Source of the DNA: an uncultured Acidobacteriota bacterium
GTDB lineage: Bacteria; Actinomycetota; Acidimicrobiia; Spongiisociales; ZC4RG35
Length of the DNA stretch: 64,000 nt
Assembly (NCBI GenBank): GCA_963828465.1
Contig: CAWHEU010000020.1
Coordinates: 32,001-96,000 of the forward strand
Reading direction: 5' to 3'
Program-made: the position numbers and the translations under genes
Notes under the pieces: generated by a model
The model's database searches: none
Told to the model about the DNA's origin: nothing
What the model saw: only the letters and a program-made list of their open reading frames with translations
Shown here: in pieces, positions 57,046 to 64,000 of the stretch
Layout: every line of letters starts with the position of its first letter
Numbering within the stretch: the first letter of the stretch is position 1

Positions 57046-58023
57046 TCAGAACTGGACGGCGGCCGCTGCCCAGTGAAAGCCCGCTCCGAAGGCGGTGAGG
57101 ACGACCAGGTCGCCCTCCTTCACCCGACCAGTCTCCACACACTCCCACAAGGCGAACGGCACAGTGGCAGAACCGGTGTTGCCGTACTCGTGGACATTGA
57201 CGAACACCTTGTCCTCGGATACCTGGAGCTTCTTGCGCACCGCCTCGATGATTCGCAAATTCGCCTGATGGGGGATGACAAGCGACACGTCACCGATCGT
57301 CTTGCCAATCCGGTCGAGCACCTCGCTCACAGCCTGGGTCATCCGGGCAACGGCTTCGGTGAAAACCCGCCGGCCGTCCATCACCAGCCGGTTGTACTCA
57401 CCAGATTCCAGTGTCTTGCGGTTGAAAGGATTTCGGGTGCCTCCTGCGGCCAAGGTCAGGATGCCTGCTGCCGAGCCGTCGGTGCCCGACACCACCTCGA
57501 GCACCCGGGCCCGTCCCGGATCGGGGCTGAGTACGACGGCGCCGGCGGCGTCGCCGAACAGCACGGCCGTGGAGCGGTCGCTCCAATCGAGCATTCGAGA
57601 TATCAGCTCCACCCCGACCACGAGCATCGTCCTCGGGCTGAAAGCGATCCTGGCCCGGGCAACGTCCAGGGCCTGGACGAACCCCGCACATCCAGAGCCG
57701 CCCAGGTCATAGGTAGGCACGTTGCGACAAGCGAGCAGGTCCTGAAGCAAGGCGGCCGTGTCAGGGGTGTACATCTCGGGGGTGTCGGTGGCGACGATGA
57801 TCTCGTCGATGTCGTCGGGGGTAAGCCCGGCATCCTTGATGGCCATGCGTGCGGCGTTGCCGGCCAGTGTCAGAGTCGACTCATCCGGGGCTGCGATGCG
57901 TCGCCGTTTTATCCCGGTGCGCTGGGTGATCCACTCATCGGTGGTGTCGACCAGCAAGGCCCACTCATCGTTGGTCATCACCCGCTCGGGCACATATCCC
58001 CCGAACCCCACGATGTGCATCAC
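57046..58023 (-). CDS. fabH: 3-oxoacyl-ACP synthase III
   Basis: DTTDEWITQRTGI, GCAGF, LFGDAAGA, PHQANLRI, GNTGSAT, FGAG. Confidence 0.92.
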   Translation of the reverse strand: MMHIVGFGGYVPERVMTNDEWALLVDTTDEWITQRTGIKRRRIAAPDESTLTLAGNAARMAIKDAGLTPDDIDEIIVATDTPEMYTPDTAALLQDLLACRNVPTYDLGGSGCAGFVQALDVARARIAFSPRTMLVVGVELISRMLDWSDRSTAVLFGDAAGAVVLSPDPGRARVLEVVSGTDGSAAGILTLAAGGTRNPFNRKTLESGEYNRLVMDGRRVFTEAVARMTQAVSEVLDRIGKTIGDVSLVIPHQANLRIIEAVRKKLQVSEDKVFVNVHEYGNTGSATVPFALWECVETGRVKEGDLVVLTAFGAGFHWAAAAVQF

Positions 58024-58032
58024 CGGCGGAGA

Positions 58033-59145
58033 TTACGCCCGGTACTTGCCCATGACCTCGACCAGGAGGTCGAGGGGAAGGGCGGGAGCGGTGTGACCGG
58101 CACGCCCGGTCATTGTCTGAGCGGCGCAAAGCGCATTGACGATGGCTTCCTCGGTTGCATCGGCCGCGGCATGAAACACAGGATCCATGGAGTCGAGGGG
58201 CAGGGTGCGGACCTCGAGCGGTGTCTCCCGGTCGCCACCTAGATGGTTCGCGGTGGAGAACGCGAGGAAGATGTCGCCACTGGACTCGTGCCCGTAGCCA
58301 CCGACGCGCGCAAGGCCGACGGTGGCCCGCTGCGCCAGGCGACGGCACTGGACCGGCAGGAGAGGTGCATCGGTGGCGATGACGATGATGATCGACCCCC
58401 CGTCGGGAGGGACTGTGATGATCGAGCCACCCACTGGCGGCTCGCGCCATGGCGAGGGGACCACCTCCACGCCGATCTCACGGCCGACAGGGACGCCATC
58501 GACGCGCAGGTCCGACCTCTCGCCGTAATTGGCCTGGACCAACACACCGACAGTGAACGCCTCACCGGCGGCCACTCCGACTCGCGAAGAGGTGCCGATC
58601 CCGCCCTTGAACTCGTGGCAGATCATCCCGGTGCCGCCACCAACCGATCCCTCCGTCACCGGCCCGGGGGCTGCCGCCGCCAACGCTGTGGCCGCGTGAT
58701 CGTTCGTCAGCGGGAACGACCCGGGCGTGCTCAGCCATCCATCCCACGTCTCTCCAACCACCGGCAAGTGGAACCCACCGACCACTCCTAGGCGGTGGGT
58801 CTCGGCCACCAGGAAGTCGCGGACCAGCCCGACCTGAGAGGTGCTGGTGATGCCGATCGGCGAGCCGAGCATGCCCGATTCCGCTACCCAGATCAGACCG
58901 GTCATCTCGCCGTCCCCGTTGAGGACATGACTGCCCGCGTAGACGTAGTCGGTCCAAACATCGGCTCGGGGCACCACCATGGTGATCCCGGTGCGGACCA
59001 CGTCGGGCTCGTCATGGATCAGGGTCGAGTGGCCGACAAGCACCCCCGGGACGTCCGTGATCGCATTCTCGGGACCGGTCTCCATGGTCCCGATTGGAAA
59101 GCCGAGCTGGCGCAACCGGGTCCGGGTCGAGGCGTTCGCTGACAC
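58033..59145 (-). CDS. DmpA/P1 (S58) aminopeptidase
   Basis: NAITDVPGVLVGH, GSVGGGTGM, FKGGIGTSSR, GSIII, SGDIFLAFST. Confidence 0.9.
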   Translation of the reverse strand: MSANASTRTRLRQLGFPIGTMETGPENAITDVPGVLVGHSTLIHDEPDVVRTGITMVVPRADVWTDYVYAGSHVLNGDGEMTGLIWVAESGMLGSPIGITSTSQVGLVRDFLVAETHRLGVVGGFHLPVVGETWDGWLSTPGSFPLTNDHAATALAAAAPGPVTEGSVGGGTGMICHEFKGGIGTSSRVGVAAGEAFTVGVLVQANYGERSDLRVDGVPVGREIGVEVVPSPWREPPVGGSIITVPPDGGSIIIVIATDAPLLPVQCRRLAQRATVGLARVGGYGHESSGDIFLAFSTANHLGGDRETPLEVRTLPLDSMDPVFHAAADATEEAIVNALCAAQTMTGRAGHTAPALPLDLLVEVMGKYRA

Positions 59146-59184
59146 CGCCGGGACGGTACCCGGGGGCGTAACGTGCCGCGGTCC

Positions 59185-60504
59185 ATGAACCCGTCGTCAT
59201 CGGTCTTCTCCAGAAGCCATCTGCCGCGTCCGACCGCCGTGTCGGCCAGCGGGGCATGGATCACCGACGCTGACGGCAACAAGTACCTGGATGCTGCCGG
59301 CGGTGCCATCGCTTCTCTGATCGGCCATGGAGACCCCACGGTCGCTGAGGCGATGGTGGCCCAGACCAGGTCCGTCGACTGGGTGCACGCATCAGCTTTC
59401 ACCACCGATCCCGTCGAGCGATACGCCGAGGCTGTGGCCGGCCTCGTCCCGATGGATCAAGCGAGAGTCTTCCCGGTTTCGGGCGGATCGGAGGCGATGG
59501 AGAGCGCGCTCAAGATGGCTCGGGCCTATCACCTCGCCCGAGGTGACACGGAGCGGTCTGTGATCATCGCCCGCGAGTCCTCTTATCACGGCAATACGAG
59601 GGGGGCTTTGGACGTGTCGGGACGAGAGCCCCTGCGCAGGCCCTACCAGCCCTGGCTGGGAAAGACGGTACGGGTCCCAGCGGTCAGTGAGTACCGCTGC
59701 CCAAATCCCACCCACCCTGTCGATTGCGCCCGGTTTCACGCCGACCACCTGGAAGAGGCGATCGAGGGGACAGGCCCGGAGCGGGTGGCAGTATTCGTCG
59801 CCGAGCCGATTGGAGGAGCCACCAGTGGAGCTGCCATCCCTCCCGATGGCTACTGGGAGACGATCGGCGAGGTGTGCCGGCGCTATGGCGTTCTGATCCT
59901 CGCCGACGAGGTCATGACCGGATTCGGAAGGACGGGTGAGTGGTTCGGCTCGGATCATTTCGGGCTCCACCCCGATCTCCTCATCGCGGCCAAAGGAGCA
60001 TCCTCCGGGTACTGGCCGCTAGGTCTGGCGATTGCGTCCGGTCCAATCCACGACGCCATCGAAGACGGCGGAGGATTGGTTCACGGCTTCACCTGGTCGC
60101 ACCATCCGGTCGGATCCGCCGTCGGCCTGGCCGTCCTCGACCGGATTCGGGAGTTGCGCCTGGTCGATCGGGCCCGCACACAGGGCGAGATGCTTCTCGC
60201 CCGGCTCCGGACAGCCCTGGAGGGCAATCCCCTGATCGGCGATGTGCGAGGCATCGGTCTGCTCATATGCGTTGAATTGGTCGAGGATCGGGAGTCGAAG
60301 AGGCCGTTCCCCCGGTCGGCCCGGATGACTGAGCGGGTGCTCGAGCGAGCGATGGAGATAGGGCTGATCCTCTACCCCTCCACGGGGAACGTCGACGGGT
60401 CTAACGGCGATTACCTGCTGATCGGCCCGCCGCTGACCGTCCTCGACGACGAGGTCGAGCTCATCGTGGACCGGGTGACGCGAGCCATGGCCGTGCCCGG
60501 GTGA
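59185..60504 (+). CDS. Class-III (omega) PLP aminotransferase
   Basis: YLDAAGG, SGGSEA, SYHGNT, AEPIGG, DEVMTGFGRTG, AKG. Confidence 0.92.
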   Translation: MNPSSSVFSRSHLPRPTAVSASGAWITDADGNKYLDAAGGAIASLIGHGDPTVAEAMVAQTRSVDWVHASAFTTDPVERYAEAVAGLVPMDQARVFPVSGGSEAMESALKMARAYHLARGDTERSVIIARESSYHGNTRGALDVSGREPLRRPYQPWLGKTVRVPAVSEYRCPNPTHPVDCARFHADHLEEAIEGTGPERVAVFVAEPIGGATSGAAIPPDGYWETIGEVCRRYGVLILADEVMTGFGRTGEWFGSDHFGLHPDLLIAAKGASSGYWPLGLAIASGPIHDAIEDGGGLVHGFTWSHHPVGSAVGLAVLDRIRELRLVDRARTQGEMLLARLRTALEGNPLIGDVRGIGLLICVELVEDRESKRPFPRSARMTERVLERAMEIGLILYPSTGNVDGSNGDYLLIGPPLTVLDDEVELIVDRVTRAMAVPG

Positions 60505-61556
60505 GCCTCGTTGCTGTCTGGTCGGACGGGTACCTGGCTCATGACGCCAAATGGCTGGTGTGGGCCGGGATGCGGCTCGACGGCGACGAGGAGGCTGATC
60601 GAGCGAAGATCCTGCGAGTCGGCCTCGAGCAAGCGGGTGTCGACTTGCTCCCCGCCGAGGAGCACGGCCGTGGGCCGATCGAAGCCATTCACGAAACGGG
60701 GATGATCGACTATCTAGAGCACGCATACGAGGGCTGGATCGACGCCGGATATACAGAGGAGCCGGGGTCGGATCGGGTCGTGCCCTACGCGTTCCCGCAT
60801 CCCGACGCCTTTGGCGCCTACCCGTCCCGGGTCCCGAAGAGCAGGGCAGCCATGGCGGGCGTCTACTGCATGGACACCGCCACGACCATTGGGCCCGGCA
60901 CCTACCGCGGAGCGCGGGCGGCGGTGGACGGCGCCCTGACCGCCGCACGAATGGTTCGCGATGGCGCCCCAGCGGTCTATGCCCCGGTGCGGCCCCCCGG
61001 CCATCACGCCGGCACTTCCTACTTCGGCGGGTCTTGCTACCTCAACAATGTGGCGATCGCAGCCCATTGGTTGAGCGGCCAGGGGGTAAGGGCGGTAGCG
61101 ATCGTCGACATCGACGCCCACCACGGCAACGGGACCCAGGAGATCTTCTACGAGCGAAGCGACGTCCACTATTTCTCGATCCACGTCGATCCTGGGGAGG
61201 GCTGGTTCCCCCACTGGTGTGGCTTCGCTGGGGAGACCGGTGCCGGTGCGGGAGAGGGTGCAAATCTGAACGTCCCGTTGGCGCCGGGCACCGAAGACTC
61301 GGGATACCTCGCCGTCCTCGACCAGATCTGCGCCAAAGTCGCCACCGTCGAACCAGAGTTCCTCGTGATCTCCCTTGGGGTGGACTCCGGTGCATCGGAC
61401 CCAGAGAGCCCGTTGCGGGTCAGCAACGACGGATTCCGGGAAATCGGGAGGCGGCTGGCCGCGCTGTCGACACCCACTGTCCTCATCCAAGAGGGGGGTT
61501 ATGACCTCAGGGCCCTCGGCCCCGATGTCATGGCGGTCCTCGACGCCTTCCGCTGA
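60501..61556 (+). CDS. Histone-deacetylase family / acetylpolyamine amidohydrolase-like
   Basis: RPPGHHA, CYLNN, DIDAHHGNGTQEIF, SLGVD, QEGGY. Confidence 0.9.
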   Translation: MSLVAVWSDGYLAHDAKWLVWAGMRLDGDEEADRAKILRVGLEQAGVDLLPAEEHGRGPIEAIHETGMIDYLEHAYEGWIDAGYTEEPGSDRVVPYAFPHPDAFGAYPSRVPKSRAAMAGVYCMDTATTIGPGTYRGARAAVDGALTAARMVRDGAPAVYAPVRPPGHHAGTSYFGGSCYLNNVAIAAHWLSGQGVRAVAIVDIDAHHGNGTQEIFYERSDVHYFSIHVDPGEGWFPHWCGFAGETGAGAGEGANLNVPLAPGTEDSGYLAVLDQICAKVATVEPEFLVISLGVDSGASDPESPLRVSNDGFREIGRRLAALSTPTVLIQEGGYDLRALGPDVMAVLDAFR

Positions 61557-61608
61557 CATCCAAGGCGGGGCTATCTTCTCAGAACCGGTCGTTCTCGGAG
61601 GTCCTTCG

Positions 61609-63417
61609 GTGAGCAAGCCCCTGTGGCTCGGCAAAGACGTCGTAGGTGGTGTCCCCAGCCAGCAACGCCCCGATCGCCGTCCTCCTGACCACTGGCGTCT
61701 CGAAGACGTGTTCGCCACGGGCCGCCCTCACCATCCTGCTCTGAGCCCTGACAGGGCCCGGATCGCATTCGTGCTCGACCTCGAAGGGACCACCGACATC
61801 TGGGCGATCGATGTTGACGGTGGGAGCCTCACCCGAATCACGACAAACCGAGGGTTGGTTGCATTCTGGGATGACAGCAGCCCGGCTTGGTCAGCCGATG
61901 GCGCCCGGATCGCCTACAACAGCGAGGGCTCGGTACACATCGTCCCCGCCGCCGGCGGGCCGTCACGCCGTCTGCTCGCCGGCTCGACCGGCAACTGGAT
62001 TGACGATGATCGACTAGCTGTCATCGTGGAGCGTGAGGGCTATTCGCGGCTGGCCGTCGTCGATATCAACGACCCGTGGGCCGCTCCTCTCGGGCCTGCC
62101 AACGGGGATGTGGGAAGGGCTCAGGTGGCGCCAGACGGGCGAATCCTCCTCTCCTTCTACCCAAAGGACGACTTCAGCCGCAGCGACATCGTCAGCATCG
62201 ACCCCGACGGTTCCTGGACGACCTTGATCGGCCATCCCGATCGACGGGCCGGCAACCAAGCAGTGGACGGAAGCCGGGTCGCCTACACCCTGGAAGAGGG
62301 GGATTGGTCCGGCGTCTTCCTCACCGACCTGGACGGGGGCGAACACACCAGGCTCGCTGCCGCCGAACGTGACTTCTCGTCCCTGACCTGGGACGACAAC
62401 GGGGAGACCCTTCTCGCCATCGCCACGTCGAGAGGCAAAAGCGATCTGGTCAGGATCGGCCTCGACGGGACCGTCGACCTCGTCGCCGAGGGCGGGTCCT
62501 GGGACTGGCCGATGCCGACGTCCCAGGGTGGTGTCGTCGCCATCCACGAGGCCTACGACTCGCCGGCTTCGATCACGCTCGTTGGAGCGGATGGCACCCG
62601 TTCGGTCCTCTACGACGGCGCACCTGCGGCGGTTCGCTCGGCGCCTCACTCCAAGCTGGAGAGGATCACTTTCAACTCATTCGACGGTTTGGAGATCGAG
62701 GGATTCCTATTCCGACCGGCCGACACGTCCAGTCCGGTGCCGGCTGTCGTCTATCCACATGGCGGGCCCACCGACCGTTACAGCGACGAGTGGGACGGCC
62801 ACGCCCAATACTTCGTCGACAAGGGCTACGCCTGGCTCGCTATCAATTTCCGCGGCTCGACGACCTACGGCCTCGCCTTCGAGCGGGCCAACCATGGGGA
62901 CTGGGGTCGGGGGGACGTCGAGGACTGCCTGGCCGCCGCCGGCCACCTGTCAACCCTGGGCTGGGTCGACCCGAATCGCATCGCCATCTTCGGGTCTAGT
63001 TACGGCTCCTATCTGGCTTTCGGTTCGCTGGTGCACCCCGAGAACCCGTTCGCCTGCGGGGCGGCGAAGTACGGCGACATCGACATCTTGACTTCATGGG
63101 CTCAGGGCGACCGCGAAGGGCGCGAAGATCTGGAGCGGATGATGGGTCATCCTGCCCAAGATCGGCGGGCCTATCACGCCGGTTCGCCCATCCATCAGAT
63201 CGCGCGCATCAGTCGCCCACTTCTCATCGCCCACGGGGAGCACGACGCCCGAGTGAGCCCGAAGCAGTCCGAGGAGCTGGTCGAAGCCCTGGACCAGATC
63301 GGCGCCAAGTATGAGTACATCACCTACCCGACCGAAGGACACGGCCTGCTCCGTCGCGAGCCCCAGCTCCACTTCTACCGCCGGCTCGAGCGTTTCCTCG
63401 ACTGGTACTTGATGTAG
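61609..63417 (+). CDS. S9 family peptidase (beta-propeller + alpha/beta hydrolase)
   Basis: PD40-like repeats; HGGP, NFRGS, GSSYG, HDARV, EGH. Confidence 0.9.
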   Translation: MSKPLWLGKDVVGGVPSQQRPDRRPPDHWRLEDVFATGRPHHPALSPDRARIAFVLDLEGTTDIWAIDVDGGSLTRITTNRGLVAFWDDSSPAWSADGARIAYNSEGSVHIVPAAGGPSRRLLAGSTGNWIDDDRLAVIVEREGYSRLAVVDINDPWAAPLGPANGDVGRAQVAPDGRILLSFYPKDDFSRSDIVSIDPDGSWTTLIGHPDRRAGNQAVDGSRVAYTLEEGDWSGVFLTDLDGGEHTRLAAAERDFSSLTWDDNGETLLAIATSRGKSDLVRIGLDGTVDLVAEGGSWDWPMPTSQGGVVAIHEAYDSPASITLVGADGTRSVLYDGAPAAVRSAPHSKLERITFNSFDGLEIEGFLFRPADTSSPVPAVVYPHGGPTDRYSDEWDGHAQYFVDKGYAWLAINFRGSTTYGLAFERANHGDWGRGDVEDCLAAAGHLSTLGWVDPNRIAIFGSSYGSYLAFGSLVHPENPFACGAAKYGDIDILTSWAQGDREGREDLERMMGHPAQDRRAYHAGSPIHQIARISRPLLIAHGEHDARVSPKQSEELVEALDQIGAKYEYITYPTEGHGLLRREPQLHFYRRLERFLDWYLM

Positions 63418-63424
63418 GGGTTGT

Positions 63425-64000
63425 GTGAGGTCACTTCGCGACTATGAAGTGCTCAGCTTCGACTGCTACGGCACCTTGATCGATTGGGAATCTGGGATCT
63501 GGACGGCCCTACAACCCATGCTCTTGGCGAACGACGCGCAGGCAAGCCGGCCGGAGGTGCTCGCCGAGTTCGGTCGTATCGAGGCTGCCCAGGAGGCGGG
63601 CAACCCTTCCCTCCTGTACTCCGATCTGCTCGCCGTCGTGCATAGGGATCTCGCCGCGAATCTCGATCTCGACACCAACGAAGACATGGATGTTGCGTTT
63701 GCGGCATCGGTGCCCGATTGGCCCGAGTTTGCTGATTCACCCGGAGCCCTCACCTTTCTCTCTGAGAGGTATCGGCTGGTGATCCTCTCCAATGTCGATC
63801 GTGTCAGCTTCGCCGGGTCGAATGAGAGGCTGAACGTGGAGTTCGACGCCATCTACACGGCCGAGGACATCGGCTCCTACAAGCCGGATCCGGCCAACTT
63901 CGACTACCTGCTTGGTCATCTCGCGGACGATTTCGAACTCGTCGCCGACTCGGTCCTCCACGTTGCTCAAAGCTTGTACCACGACCACGCACCGGCCAAG
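63425..64000 (+). CDS. HAD-family haloacid dehalogenase type II (3' truncated by window)
   Basis: LSFDCYGTLIDWE, ILSNVD, GSYKP, HVAQSLYHDH; missing from the ORF track because it has no stop. Confidence 0.88.
   Translation, partial: MRSLRDYEVLSFDCYGTLIDWESGIWTALQPMLLANDAQASRPEVLAEFGRIEAAQEAGNPSLLYSDLLAVVHRDLAANLDLDTNEDMDVAFAASVPDWPEFADSPGALTFLSERYRLVILSNVDRVSFAGSNERLNVEFDAIYTAEDIGSYKPDPANFDYLLGHLADDFELVADSVLHVAQSLYHDHAPAK

Noticed and set aside
57004-58242. Long antisense or alternative-frame ORFs (also 5687-6835, 22701-23858, 27402-28508)
   Set aside because: Shadow ORFs typical of high-GC DNA, lying opposite well-supported genes and lacking recognisable motifs.
59156-59175. GTACCC-N6-GTAACG upstream of the aminotransferase
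   Set aside because: Period is 12 rather than 11, no -10 at the 9-nt position, and TAACGT itself could be the -10.

Overview
High-GC bacterial DNA, most consistent with an actinobacterium (Acidimicrobiia-like gene content; inference). It is densely coding, with no rRNA, tRNA, CRISPR array, transposase or integrase seen. From left to right: the end of a histidine kinase gene; an htrA-like/moxR/DUF58/VWA operon; a DUF4331-TPR pair; a ~16 kb GntR-associated sugar or cyclitol catabolic cluster (two Tm-1/UPF0261 paralogs, PEP-hydrolase TIM barrel, creatininase, two isomerase TIM barrels, Gfo/Idh/MocA, Liv-type ABC importer); dgt-like HD hydrolase; LuxR-STAND regulator; ABC-2 exporter; a ~20 kb signalling locus (34.1-54.4 kb); a NarL-type two-component system flanked by two candidate sRNAs; fabH; and an amine/peptide catabolic cluster. 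The stand-out is the signalling locus. Ten paralogous multi-pass membrane proteins (eight in one tightly coupled tandem array) have variable N-termini and a conserved C-terminus that stops at what looks like the first part of a GAF domain. A single PP2C/RsbW-like enzyme downstream begins with what looks like the remaining part of the GAF domain and is followed by two STAS proteins. Promoters across the locus share an 11-bp-periodic GTAACG repeat placed 9 nt before a -10-like hexamer, which fits the adjacent SARP/BTAD regulator. This suggests a combinatorial 'split-GAF' receptor system (hypothesis). Several single-base frameshifts look like assembly errors. All product calls come from motif recognition, not database searches.
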